A stretch of 64,000 nt of DNA, taken from contig MU053431.1 of assembly GCA_013239625.1 (NCBI GenBank), forward strand, positions 434,001 through 498,000, given 5' to 3'. Made by a program: the position numbers and the translations under genes. Under the pieces are notes generated by a model that ran no database searches, had not been told where the DNA came from, and was given only the letters and a program-made list of their open reading frames with translations. Position 1 is the stretch's first letter. Each line of letters opens with the position of its first letter. Shown in pieces: positions 48,006 to 60,766 of this stretch. The stretch comes from Lama guanicoe (lineage: Eukaryota).

Positions 48006-50399
48006 TGAGCATGACTCAGACAACACTCATTCTCACCAGCGTGTGAGGGCGGGTGGCGGCCCTCGGGGCGGGCCCTCAGTGCTATTTGTTGAACAAGAGG
48101 ATGTGTCTGAGAAGGGTCTACAGCAGCCGTGGCGTGGGTGATGGCCACAGGGTGGAGGTGGCGGCACCGAGGCGGGGCCCGGAAGGAGGTGGACACACTG
48201 CTCCTGGGTCGCATCTCGGCCTGTTTGAAGCAGGGCCTGGCTGCAGTTTCCTGCCCTCCTACGCCCTACCAAGGCCAGGCCGGTGGGACGTGAAAGAGCC
48301 CCCAGGGAGCGTCCCCGTCTCCAAGCCCCTTGAAGCCCACCCCGGGCTGGCGCTGCCTCCAGGGCCCCCAGGCTTTGGGGCGACGGTCAGGGAACTTGCT
48401 TTGGGAGACAGCCCCCCCTCTGAGTCCTGAGCTGTGGGCTTGGTGGTTGCTGACTCCAAGCCTCAGAACAGAGAAGGATGCTTGCACAGTATCGAGGGCT
48501 CCTGGGGAGCAGAGCCGATGAGAAGGGGCGTAAAGGGGGCTGACTATGAGGACTTGGCACGTCTCACCAGCCCCGAGAGGCTGGCGCAGCAGAGCGCGGC
48601 CTCGGGGAAGGGCCGGGCCAGCGCCCAGAGGGCCTTTCCCGTCCCTGCCTCCCTCCATGTGGCACCTTCTTTCTTTCCCTGGACACTGGTTCCGACTGCT
48701 ACGGCATCTCCTTCCGGGCTCAGAGACGAGAGCTCTTTACCTCCCTCTTCGAATTCCAGGCTCCTGCAGGGCCAGAATGGGACTCACCAGGTTCAGTTTG
48801 GGTGGCTTCACGGTTCAACCCTCCACGGCTCCTGAGGGCCCATCCTGGGGGCCAGGAAGGGAGAGGGGTCATTTTGCTCAGCACTAACCCCCACCGCCGC
48901 CCCCAGATACTGGTTTCCCGGTCAGAGGAGGGCACAGGTTGCAGAGCTGACAGTGCGGGGACTTTTAAGCTCTGCTCGTCCCCGCCGTTAGCGGGATCTC
49001 ACAAGTCAGCAGCGTCTTCGAGTCGTCAGGCAGAGGTAAAGTCACCCCACCCGACTCAGGACAAACTGCCCGGGACAGACGGCTCCTGGGGAACGGAGCG
49101 TGTCCTGCTGGCTCGTTTATTCCACACCCGGAGGAGGAACGGGCCTGGGGAGGGCAGAGCGCCCAGCCGGCCTTTCTCTTCTGCCAGGGCCGACTGGAGC
49201 AGACGGCACTGCCTGAGGGAATTTATTGTTTTGCATCCTCGCGCCTGAAGCTGAGTTTTGTGCTTGCAAATCCGGACCCCACTGACACGTCCCAGAGCCC
49301 TCCCCCAGAAATCGTAAGTGTCAACGGGGTTGGTGGAAAACGGCATCTGCCCACTCCTTTTTGTGGCCCCATCCTGCTCTGAGCGGCGTGTGGCCCTGTG
49401 GGGTTGGAAGTGGGGCTCACAGATTTGGACTTTGGGGATCCTGGTCAGTCCTGGAGTGAGAGATGGATGGTCAGGCTCAAGCTGAAGCCTTAGCATGACT
49501 TCACTTTAATTGGACTAAACCTACAACCTGGCACTGGTGCGCCTCCAAGATTAGCAAATACGGTGTTTTGGTGGAGGGGTGTCAAAGGTGCCTCGACGTA
49601 AACCGCTGAGCTCTGGAGCTCCGTGTGACTCTGGGGTGAGTCGTCCTTTATTTTAGAAGGTAAGAAGCATGTCTGTTTTCTCCACTAAGTGCCACCCGCG
49701 TTCTCTGGTCGGCCCGCTCCTCGCTGCCTTGAGGTGCTGAGCTGCGGGCGGGAAGAATGCGGTTGCTCAGGACGGTTTCCAGTTCTATTCTGGTTTTCAG
49801 AGGGGAAAACAAATCACATCGCCACAGAAACTCCCTCACGACGCCCGGGCGGTGCACCCGGGAACACGGCGTCTCCCGCCTGTGCCCTCCTCCCCGGTGC
49901 TTGATGACCCGTGATGTCTGTAATTGTCCAATACTGTCACTCCCAGGTATCTGATTGTTTGATAACTCAGGAATACAGGACCTGAAGAACAGCACTCAGC
50001 TCCACACAGTCAGACACTTGGTCCCCGTGTGCTCTGGCGCTGACGCCCGACCACACAGCACAGCGTCGTGTCGCAGCCTCTCCTGCCGCGGCTGACAAGC
50101 TGAGATGTGCTTCCCAGCAGAGGTGAGAGCACGCTTGAAGGGGAGGGAGCGTTTCTGTTTCCTCTTCAAGTTATCCGTCCTTCATTGAAGAGATGATTTT
50201 AATGGAAACGATCTTGCGGCCAGCAGTGCAGACAGACCCACCCCTACCTTCTCACACAGAGTGAGGGCGGCCCTGACCTCCCCGGGCTCCGTCTTGTCAC
50301 GTGTCAGGGACAGATCATCCCAGTAAACGCTTTCCAGGAAGAAGGTGGCCACCAACTCCTCTTGACAGTGACTCAGTCACCCCAGCCCTCCCTCTCCCA

Positions 50400-50587
50400 T
50401 AATGAAACTGAATAGGAAAACGAATGCGTGTGTGTGCACGCGTGACTGGGACACTGCGCTGGGCACCGGAAAGTGACACATTGTAACTGTACTTAAATTT
50501 AAAAGAACCGTAACAGCAGAAGAGGCAGTCGCGTCCCCAGACAGACCCGTACGCGGTGCACCAGTCACACAGAAGTGAGACGGCAGG
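50400..50587 (+). repeat. Inverted repeat arm A: young L1 3' end (~50400-50505) plus ~80 bp of flank
   Basis: The reverse complement aligns over its full length with 54888-55095. Confidence 0.93.
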
Positions 50588-50849
50588 TCTCACAACTAAA
50601 GGCAGCTGTTTCAATTGGGATAATCCAGTGACATCGTCCAAAACGCTTCACGTCGTGCTCTGTAAATAAGCCTTTTGTTGTGGAACAGTCTTAGGGCTGT
50701 AGAAATACTGCAAAGGTGATACAGACACTTTCCACCCACCGCATAGCCGATTTCCTCCGCCATCGGCATCTTGCGATAGAGGTGCTTTAGGGGATGAGCC
50801 ACAGAGCATCGTGAGCTAAGCCCCTGCTGCATCTGGAGTCCCTCGGTGT

Positions 50850-51395
50850 TTGTCTAGTGTCCGTGTTCTGTCCCAGGGTCAGACCCAGGCACCGCCTCAC
50901 AGTCCGTTGTCATGTCTCCTTAGGCGCCCCTGGGCTGTGCAGTGCCAGTTAGACTTTTCATGGGCTGGTCCTCCAGTGGGGTTTGTCTGGCGGCTTTGTC
51001 ATGGTTGGGCTAGAGCTGTTGGCTGGGGGAGGAAGACCACAGAGGTGAAGGGCCCTTCTCATCCCACCACACCGGGGATCCCAGCCCCCCACACGACTGT
51101 CACTGTGATGCTGACCTTAACACCGTGTGGGGCGGCTTCTCCACTGCAGTTACTCAGGCCCCCCCCTTCCGTCTCGTGCTCTTCGTCCACACTAAGGGGT
51201 CGAGGGTTATGCTGCATCCCCTCGAGAGTGGGCTGTCTGCACAGATGGCTTGGGTTCTTCTGCACGGGTTTGTCTGTCCTCGCCCACTTAGTCAACAGCC
51301 ATGTACGCAGTGTAGACTCAAGGATATTTATCTTGTATTTTGGGTACAACACCGCACTACCATGCTACTTTAATTATTTCTTTGCTCAAATTGTC
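50850..51395 (-). mobile_element. L1MC/MD-like 3' UTR fragment
   Basis: ttgtcatgtctccttagg, gggaggaagaccacagaggtgaag and gactca.ggatatttat...tttggg...ttgctcaaattgt. Confidence 0.85.
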
Positions 51396-54300
51396 TGAGC
51401 GGCGTGTGAGAACGGGGCCTGTCTCACCACGCTGGTTTCCCCGGTGAGCACCCCCAGGAGCTGACGGCTGTCAGTGCACTTGAGAAGGGTGGACCGCTCT
51501 CCAGGAGTGGGAGGGACGTTCATTAAGTCACACCCTCTCCGGCTTCCCTGGCTCCTAGAATTCTCTTTATATTTTTTTTCCTTTTTGAGCACAGAATGCA
51601 TATTAGAGGCCTTTGACAGTTCCCGATGTCCTGGTGGGAGTTCAAAGGAGGCCTTCCTGAGACTCTGCTTCCCCCGTGACGTGCTCTGAAACCAAGAAAG
51701 CCGTATAAGGTGCCCTGGGCCGTCCAGTGCGGCTGCCAGGCAGTGACACCGAGGAGGGACGGACCACTTACGATCTGATCTGGATCAGAACTCGGAGCCT
51801 CTGAGCCCAGACCTCGCTCCTTCCCAGCAAAGTGAAGTGTGCGCCAAGCAAACATTCTGCCAAAGTGACACATCGATGTCATCTGATTCGGTGTTTCCCA
51901 ACATGTGATACTTTACTAACTGCTGGTTTCCGAGGGAGTCTGAGGTGGCACTTGGATAAAGATGTCTTTATCTTAATCATTATATGTTTTAATTTGTACT
52001 TGAAAAAATTATAGAAATAGAATATCGAGCCAATGATTACATAAAATTTTTTTAAGATTAGGTCTAGGCACTATTTAAGTTAAAATAAAAGATTGAAAGA
52101 AATAATCCTAAGTAAATAATAAGTAAATAACCCAAAAAGTTCTCAGATGCCACAGAAGCGACGTAAGACCCGGGCCTGAAATGCTGGCGGTTTTGGACGC
52201 AGAGATGCAGTTCCTAAACCACCTCCCTCTCGGTCGGCCTCGTGGGCTCTCAAGCTGGTCCTTTTTGGTTTTCTTCTGATTATAAAAACACTGTGAGGCC
52301 AACCTTCCTACATGTGTCTGCATACACCTAGGGGATTTTTTCCCAGGGGAAAGCTGCTAGAAATGGAAATATTGTGCCACATGGTTTGAATGTTTTAAAA
52401 ACTGTTGGTTTATAAAGCCAAAAACTGCCCCCCGCCCGAATCCGCGTACTCGCCCCCAGCCACGGGCCAGAGGGCGCGTCGCTCTGTGTTTCAGAAGGCG
52501 GCCGTGCCAGGGAAGGGAGCGAGCGGGTGGGCCTGCGCGGGGACGGAGGGGCTTGGTGGAGTCTGTGCCCCTGACCCTGGCGGGCCCTCCAGTCCCAGCA
52601 CATCTTTCCCTCTCAATTTCTCCTCCCTTTCTCCCCCTGGAGAGAGCTGTGTGTAAATTTTAAACTTAGAAAACAATGCAGTGTTTGATATTTTAATATT
52701 TATCATTCAAATGAAAAGACGTGTGGCTGCTATTTATACTACTAATGAGACAATTCAAAAAGGGTCTGCCTTTCAGTTTAGCAGCAGCCTCTAAGAAGGG
52801 GGCCTCAGGGAGCCCTCCGCGGGGACCCCGACGTCTCTGGCTCTGCCCTCAGGCAGGAGACAGTGCCGGCTGGCACCTGCCGGGCCCCGCGCCCCCTGTG
52901 GACAAGGCCACCCCACCTCCCTGCACCCCGCCCGCCTGCGCAGCAGCCAGGGTGCTCGACTCAACGGCGAGCCCTGGGGCCTCTCTGGGGCGAGGACTGC
53001 ACAAACCCGAAGGTGGCCCCGTGTGAGATGTTTGCTCACTGTGTCCACAAACCAAGTCACTGTTTCCTGCCCCTTTCTGACTGGGTTCCCTTAACACTTT
53101 TTCATTTTCAAAGGAAGATGCGTACATCTGCTCTAAGTTAAACTCATTATCACCTGTGGTGAGAAGGTAACCGCACATCATAAAACAATGAAAATGATGT
53201 TCTCACAGTCTTGCTCGATGCCTGAGCCGTGGAGGGCCCCACGCCTGCAGCCCTTCTGGGCGTCTCAGAGGGGACCGGCAGGAAGGCTCGGGGGCTGGTC
53301 TTCAAAAATGTGCTAGCGCCCAGACTCCCACCATCAGCCCCACCCAGTCCAGCAGCCGAGGGTGACCCCACACCCAGCCCTGCCCTCACAGGCCCCCTCC
53401 TGTCATACCTGCTCATCCCATGAGACCCCAGATTGTAGCGGCTGCTCCCTGACATCCTTTACCCTCCCTACTGCACCCCGAGCTCGGGTTTCTCTCCCTC
53501 ACTTCTTGCTGTCGGAGCCTCCACCCCGTGACCACAGCCGTTCCAGGCCGCAGCCCAGCACCAGCTCAGAGCAGAGCCTTGCTATATAGGCGCTAAGAAA
53601 TGAGTAAATGAGTAAGTCACAGCCATCGATTTCAGCATCAGCAGCTGTGCGTGGGCCTTGCAACCAAGAAAGGGGCCAACATGGGTGATCTTTCTGGTTT
53701 TAATTCCTGGAATGGAATAAAAAACCTGGAGGCGAAATAGCTGGATTCAAGCTAATCAGTCAGTACTCATAAATGAACTGCTGATTACGAGTACACTCAG
53801 CGTCATACGATGTCCTGGGCTGCCCAGTCCCATTTCTGGGGAGCAGTCCAAACCTTCCCAGTGTTTCCTGGATCCTCAGACACCAGGCCCGCCCAGATCT
53901 CGCTGAAGGATTCCCGGGAGCCTCCGGTGGGCGGTCACCGCTCCTCGTGCAAGACAATCAACAGACAGCACCTGGAGGCAAAGACGTGCGTGTATGTCTG
54001 TCCCTGTATCACGGCCCGAACAGGAGAAAGACAGACTCACTATAACCCACCTCAGGGTGCACAGCAAAGCACCAACGGATTCCGGCCCATCCTTCAGGGC
54101 GCGGTTAAAAAAAGTCAAATTCGGTCTCATTCATGTAGTTTTTCCTTAAAGTTTGCTGGGAAGAAGTGTGGTGGCCCCGGTCACCAGTTGCCTGACCTTG
54201 TGTCCCCACCTGTGTTAGATGCTTTCTTCCGTCAGCACGTCCTGCTCTGGAGAGCAGTGCACGTCAGAAAGAACACCTCAGAAAGCAGAGGAATCCAGTG

Positions 54301-54887
54301 CAGGCGAAACTGTGGGTTTGTCTTTGGAGAAGACACACGTTCGTCTTCCACACGTGCGTGCGGGTGTCATTCCACACGTGGTATTTTCCCTTCTGTGTAA
54401 AGCCTTTCCACGTGGGGAGGGGACATAGAAGCAAAACCAGTGCAGCCATTTCCACTTCCCTTTTGTCCTCGTGAACATGGAATTCTCCCCCTGATCAAGA
54501 GGAAGATAATCAGACGAGGCTCAGGAGGCCCGGTTCTCTCTGAAGAGCTGCTTGGCCTGAAGCAAGTCACCTGACTGTTCTGAATTTTTGTTAAATAACC
54601 CAGAACAGCTTTCGCTATAGGAACCAAAGTGGACTTGGTACTGTTTAATCAAAATGTGTTTGATTCGTATGACAAAATTATCCCAGTCTCAGGTTAATCA
54701 TCTCAGTGATAAAAACGCTGATGAGAAAATCAGCCACACCCTCTGGACCCGCAGCGCTAGCACCGCGTCAGCATCTGAGAGCAGCACAGAGCTTCCTGGC
54801 ACCTTTCCCCAAACATGGGCTCTGCACCTCAGTGTCCGCTGGGGGTCCCTGCGCCCTGTGACCTAAGAACTGGGTGATCTAAAAGCG

Positions 54888-55095
54888 CCTCCCGTCTTAC
54901 TTCTGTGTGGCTGATGCGCCACGTACGGGTCTCACCGTGTCCGGGTCTGTCTGGGGATGCGATTGCCTCTTCTGCTGTTACGTATTTTTTTAATTGCAGT
55001 ACAGCCAGTTACAGTGTGTCAGTTTCTGGTGCACAGCACAGTGTCCCAGTCATGCATGCACACACACGCATTCGTTTTCCTTTTCTGTTTCATTA
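54888..55095 (-). repeat. Inverted repeat arm B: young L1 3' end (~54984-55095) plus flank
   Basis: Partner of 50400-50587 with 16-bp and 4-bp extra segments. TSD-like TTACGT(A)TTT at 54978 and 55093. Confidence 0.93.
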
Positions 55096-55116
55096 CGTTT
55101 TGGAAACCATCTTGGT

Positions 55117-55324
55117 GGGGAGGGTGTAGCTCAGCGGGAGAGCGTGTGCTTCGCGTGCATGAGGTCCTGGGTTCAGTCCCCAGTGCCTCCATTTAAAAAG
55201 ATAAATAAGTAAACTTAATTGCCTCCCCTCAGATACATAATTAAATAAACACAATTACTTCCCTCCTCCCAAAACCAAAAAACAAAAATAAATGCGATGA
55301 TAAAAATTAAAAGAGGGAAAAAAA
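55117..55324 (+). mobile_element. tRNA-derived SINE of camelid Vic-1 type
   Basis: ggggagggtgtagctcagcgg (A box)...gaggtcctgggttcagtcccc (B box)...cctccatt, then an A-rich tail with aatt.cctcccc units. Degenerate TSD gaaaccatcttg (55103-55114) / gaaacagtcttg (55325-55336). Confidence 0.9.
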
Positions 55325-55454
55325 GAAACAGTCTTGCTGTCAGTAATGCTTGTCAACCTCAGTTTAACGACACTTAAATTCACCACCTGATTTTGATTAT
55401 TAGGTCTGAAACGGAAAGCAGAGGAGTTAAAATATTATGAATGTGTAATCTTGC

Positions 55455-55487
<33 letters not shown>

Positions 55488-55497
55488 GCACACACAC
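55455..55497. repeat. Imperfect (CA)n/(CG)n microsatellite
   Basis: Directly visible alternating purine-pyrimidine tract. Confidence 0.92.
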
Positions 55498-57306
55498 GCT
55501 CAAAGGGCAGGCTAAGATTCAAACCCTCTTCCACTTCCCAGGTGGAAAGCTCTGCCGTATTCCTCGGCAGTCCTGAGACCTTTCATTTATTCATGATCAA
55601 ACATCAGGTAGGGGCGTCTCTCTCCCCAGCAACTGCTTGTCTCCAAGACTTGCGAGAGCCCCGGTGCAGACCGCTGTGTGTTTGCGTTCCGGGCCGTGAG
55701 CTGAAGTGCAAGCAAAGGAGAAGGGGGAGCGTGATCTTGCTGGAATGTCCATGCCGCTGGAGACAGCCTCAAGACCCTCGAAGGCCCTGGGGCGTGCCCC
55801 ACCTCCGGCCCCCGCTTCCGGGAGGGGACGAGTGCCTGGCGCCGCCGGCTCGCCCCCGCGCTGCCGCGGAGTCCTTGTCCGGCCTCTGCTGAAGGCACCC
55901 CGCCGTCCCGCCTGCTGCCCCGCTCCTGGCTGAAGCCCTAACGCTGAAAATTCTGTTTCGTGTTTGCTTCCAGGAGAGCAGGGCCAACTCTGCAGTAGCT
56001 CCCTGGCTTCCCCCACGCTCTTGGCGGTTTTACAAGGTACAAAGCGGCACAAGCAGAAGGCCCGGAACTGCGAGTCCTTCCGTGAGCGAGACGTCGGCAA
56101 ACCCGAACTGCGGAACCCCGCTCAGGCCGTCCCCGCCTTAGACAGTGCCTGTCCAGAAAGGCCTCGACTCTGCTCTCCGCCTGCCTGTTAATCTTAAAGG
56201 AAGTCGCTTTTCTAATGTCCCCCCGAATGCCCACCTCCTGTTTATTTCCTTATAGCAAAGGCGTGGAATTTTCCCACGTGCTTGCAGGAATCGGCGCTTC
56301 GCAGGGGAGGGGCCCGGAGAGGCGGGCGGTCACCCCTGGGGGTGCCTGAGTCTTCCACATTGGGGGCGGTCCTGGCCCCGGAACTGCGTGGTCGGGGAGC
56401 GGGCAGGACCGCAGCGGTGCTGGGGACCCAAACAGGCCCTTGTCGGGGCGGGAGTCGCGTCAGGTGGGCTCACCGGCTCAGACAGGTGGGGGCGCCTTGA
56501 GGTCCTCCAGAAACTGCCTCCGGCCCAGGCTGGGACTTTGCCTTTCACTCTCGTTTCTTCATTTGGTGTTTATTCCACAGTCGCTTTTGACTGAGTGTCT
56601 CCTGTGTGCGAGACATTAATTGAGGCATTGGACACACAGTGGCAGGTAACGCAGGGGCCTCGGTCCCCGGGGACTCACAGGTGGGTACAGAGACAGAGTA
56701 AAGGGACTGAGAGAGTGCAGCCTGCACGCGGGTGAGGATGCCTTTACCCCCGCAGCCGGCCTACCGGAGCGTCCTGCGAACATGGCCTGTGCTAACTCAC
56801 TTGGGACCGCGACACCCCGCAGGCGGACCGTGTCTGCCCGTGCTGAGGGAGAGGACGCCGGGACGGGGAGGCTGCGAGGCTTCCCCAAACCCACCCAGGC
56901 TCCAGGTGACAGGGCCAGTTCACAACACCTGATCTGCTGACCCCGGGGCCCCCTCCTGGGTGTCGTGCTGCGTGGGGAGGGGACCAAGGAAGCAGGGGTT
57001 TTAACCCTCCTAACTTGTGTTTTCATCTCCGTTGACCACACATGCTCATTTATTTTTCTAAAGAAAGGTTAATGAAGAGCCTACAGACAGGCTGCTCTGG
57101 GCACACAGATGTAAATGTGCACACACTTAAATGTACGTGCGATGGCTCTGGAAGGAGGAAGACCCCAACGGGGTCCATCAACACTACATTTACTAAATAA
57201 AAGTGGGGGGGACACTGTCAACATTTCACTATGTTTTATAGGTTTTTGTTGATAAATGAATTATTTCCAGGAACATGTGGACAAAGCTTAATTCTGTGGT
57301 CTAGGC

Positions 57307-57495
57307 CAATGGTTCTCCATCAGCGGGAGCGACTTTGCTCCCCAGGAGACATTTGCTGACGTCTGCAGGCATTTTGGTCGTCATGACTTGCACGAAGGCA
57401 GAGGCCGGGGATGTAGCTGAACATCCTAAGCTGCCCAGAACAGCCCCCACGCAGCAAAGAACCATCCCTTCCAAAATGCCAGAGGTGCTCCTGTT
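57307..57495. mobile_element. MER20 hAT-Charlie DNA transposon relic
   Basis: caatggttctc...gactttgctccccaggagacattt...gtctg...cattttggtcgtcatgact...agaggccggggatg..gctgaacatcct...cagccccc...caaagaa...ccaaaatg. Confidence 0.92.
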
Positions 57496-59219
57496 TGGGT
57501 CGAGGCGACTGGGCGTCATCCAGTGCGACAGAGCCAAGTGGCAAACAGATCTCTGCGCTGTGCGCAGTTACCCGTTGAACAGACTGACTCGGTCTCTCCA
57601 GTTTTGCGTAAGACTTTTTTCCTTCATTGAACCTGAGATCCAGTGAGGAGGTCAGCTGCTTGTCCCCTCACATTGTAAAGTTCAGAAGCCGAGTGACGAT
57701 TCAAAGACTGCGTCCCTCCTTGCTGGCCCTAAGTTCCAGGTCCCCGCCCATCGACCCGGAGCTGAACAGACACGTTCTCCAAAGCACAATTAACAGACTG
57801 ACTGCCTGTTAGTAGAAGGCACCCCGGTATCAACTAATCTGAGATTAAGTGGGAGAGACTTTGTTAGGGCCGTGTTTTGTTAAGCAAGCAAAATGTAAAA
57901 CCGTCACATCTTTAGAGATTGATTAATGACCTTTTAAAGGACCCTGCCGAATGGAACAGCTGAAGACTGTGGGAGCAATTAAGGAGCTTCTGCAGGCAGT
58001 TCACTTATCAAAATGACTTAGACAAGATTTCAGCTGGATCATTGCCCCTTGTACCTTAACTACTGTCAAGTCGCACCCAACAACTCCAAGGAGACTATTT
58101 TAGGCACATCAGCAAAATGCCATCCTGAACTTTCAGCAGCAATTACAGGCGGAATGGATCTTGGCCACAGAGAGATGCGGACTGAACTTCTCCGTGAGCT
58201 TCGATCCACACGCCCGACGCCCTGCAGCCCCGTGCTTGCCGAGTGTTACAGGTGTTGGCCATTCCCATTAGCATTTTCCAGACGAAAGTCACTCTCTGGA
58301 GAGGGTAAAAGCGAGGCCAGCTCAAGCGACGAGACACTTTGTTCCAGGAAGGCTTCCTTTGAAACGGCAATTACTAATGTGCCCCAGGCAATTTGGGGGA
58401 GCGGAGAGAGACGGCCACAGCCCTCTGAGCAGAAGACTCACCCAAGTGTGTTGCTGCCCTTCCTTCTTCTACCCCCTGGCTTTTCTGTTTGATGCAAATG
58501 CGCTGGCTCCTTCTGAGCCTGCCCGGCCCTTGCTGTTGCTGATGGAGGAGGGCGCTTCTCCGTGCAAGGCATCAGGGATGTTTGCCAGGTATCGGTCCAG
58601 ACGGAGCAGGTGTCCCAGGCTCTGGGCTCTCCTCGGATGGAAATACCCTATTCCTTCCTGGACCCAGCCCTGCTCCCTGGCCCACAGCAGGGGAGAGAGC
58701 AGATTAAACATTCATTCAGACACATTTGCCCTAGAGGTCTCTTTTTAAAAGCACCACATGCCAAGGACATCACCGAATTTGATCTCTCCCCTCGGTATGA
58801 TAAAAGTGAGTGAACCGACTTCTGATTGCTCACGACGGCAAGATTTTCATTTTTTAAATTCATGGACCGCTTGGGAGGGCTGAGAATCAGGCTGTATTCC
58901 AATATTTATCTTCGCTGATGGCCTCTGAGTCTGGATCAGTCAGACAGGAACTGTCAGCGCCAGTCTCCCTTCCTTTGCCCCCAGCCCAGGGCTGTCCTGT
59001 TCCCGCTTCAGCAGACAGGGTCCTCCAGCGATGCACTGACTTCCTTTCCCAGGAACTTTTCAAGAGCAAAGGCCAACGGTGGGACTCCGAGCCCCTGAGT
59101 CGCCCGTGGATTGTTTAGACTCTTCCCCGGTCTCCCGTCCAGAGCTTGCTGATTCCACATGACCCCTTCTCCACATTTTGCAGTTTTTCCACGTCTTCGG
59201 ATCATGCGGGATCTTTATA

Positions 59220-60308
59220 AAGTGAGGGGAAGAGCTTCGTGACACTGGTCTTGGCAGGGATTTAATGAGTATGACATCAGAAGCACGGGCAACAGAGGCA
59301 GAAATAGATGTGTGACTGCATCAAACTAAAAAGCTCTGCACAGCAGGAAAAACCATCAACAGAGTGGGAAGGTGACCTGCAGAATGGGAGGCACATTTGT
59401 AAACCACTTAGCAGATAAGGGGCCAGTTTCCAAAATATACTTACAACTCAACAGCAATGATGATAATAATAATAATATAATTATAGGCAAAAGTTTTGAA
59501 TAGAGATTTCTCCAAAGAAGACACCCAAATGGCCAACAGGTATGTGACCAGATGCCCGGTGTCACTAATCCTCAGAGAAATACAGATCAAAGCCTGCCAC
59601 CTGCCACCTGCCAGGATGGCTAGTATCAAAAAATAATAATAAAAAGCAACAAGCATGGGTGAGGATGTGGAGAAACTGGAATCCTTGTGCACTGTTCGTG
59701 GAAAAGCAAAATGGTGCCACCACTGTGGAAACCTGTATGGGAGTTCCAGAATCTTAAAAACAGAGCCACCGTATGATCCAGTCCTTCCCGGGTATTTATC
59801 CAAGAGTTGAAATCAGAATCTCAAAGAGATATTAACACTCCAGGGTTCACTGCAGCAATGTTCACAACGGCCAGCACGTGGAAGCAACTTTAATGCCCAT
59901 CAACAGAAAAATGGATGAAGAAAATGTGGTGTGTGCACACAACAGCCTACGGTTCAGCTTTAAAGAAGGAGGGAGCTCTGCCGTCTGTGACACGGATGGA
60001 CAGGGAGGACATTATGCTGAGTGGAAAAAGCCAGCCACAGAAGGACAAACACTGCACGATTCCACCTACTCGAGGAATCCGAAATGGTCAGACCTGTGAT
60101 CAGAGGGTAGAATGGTGGTTGCCAGGGGCTGGGGGGAGGGGAAATGGGAGATTGCTAACCAACTGGCGTGGAGGTTCAGTTACGCAAAATGAGTAAGCTC
60201 TAGAGATCCACTGATGACACTGTGTCTGTCGCTAACAATACCATAAAGGACACTTAAAAATTGTGGTAAGAGAGTAGGTCTCATGTCCAGTGTTCTTACA
60301 CAATAAAA
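59220..60308 (+). mobile_element. L1MA/MB-like element: ORF2 3' region plus 3' UTR
   Basis: catcaaactaaaaagc, tttctccaaagaagac, gtgaggatgtggagaaactggaa, ggacattatgctgagtg, and a terminal tgttcttacacaataaaa. Confidence 0.95.
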
Positions 60309-60314
60309 TTGCAG

Positions 60315-60440
60315 TGAGTTTCAACTGGCCTTGGCTTCCTCATTTGTATCATAGCGACAGCCATGTCCACCTCATGCCGTGGTGAGAATTAAATCCGATA
60401 AACCTGCAGAGATCTTGCCAGCGGCTCTGGCATCTCAGTG
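60315..60440 (+). mobile_element. MIR fragment
   Basis: ttcctcatttgta...cctcat...gtgagaattaaat..gataa. Confidence 0.65.
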
Positions 60441-60766
60441 CAGGAATCTGGGGTCAGGAATCCGGGTGGAGGAAGACGGAGGGCGTGTGAGGGAGGGTTT
60501 GCTTGAAAGAGGCACTTCCAGAGCAAGTGTACTGTTTCATAAGAGTTAAACTAAGCTTGTGCTAGTGTGTCGTTGCTTCTAACAGTGCTTTTACTTGCAC
60601 TTACATAAGACTGAAAAATCTCACCGTGCACATCAAAGACTCTCGTTGTTGCTATTATGAATTGTCTCTTTAGTAACCAGGAAATAAACTATGAAGAGTC
60701 TGAGGGGCCCAGTGAGCCCCACACTCCACCCAGCGCCCCTCGGTGCTGCCTCTGGAAGAGACTCGG

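Noticed and set aside
50400..55095. Inverted arms as terminal inverted repeats of a 4.7-kb DNA transposon
   Set aside because: The arms are made of an L1 tail plus local flank, there is no shared outer TSD or transposase ORF, and the interior holds ordinary ancient repeats.
55117..55192. tRNA gene
   Set aside because: It has A and B boxes but a degenerate cloverleaf, followed by an A-rich tail and flanked by a TSD. It is a SINE head.
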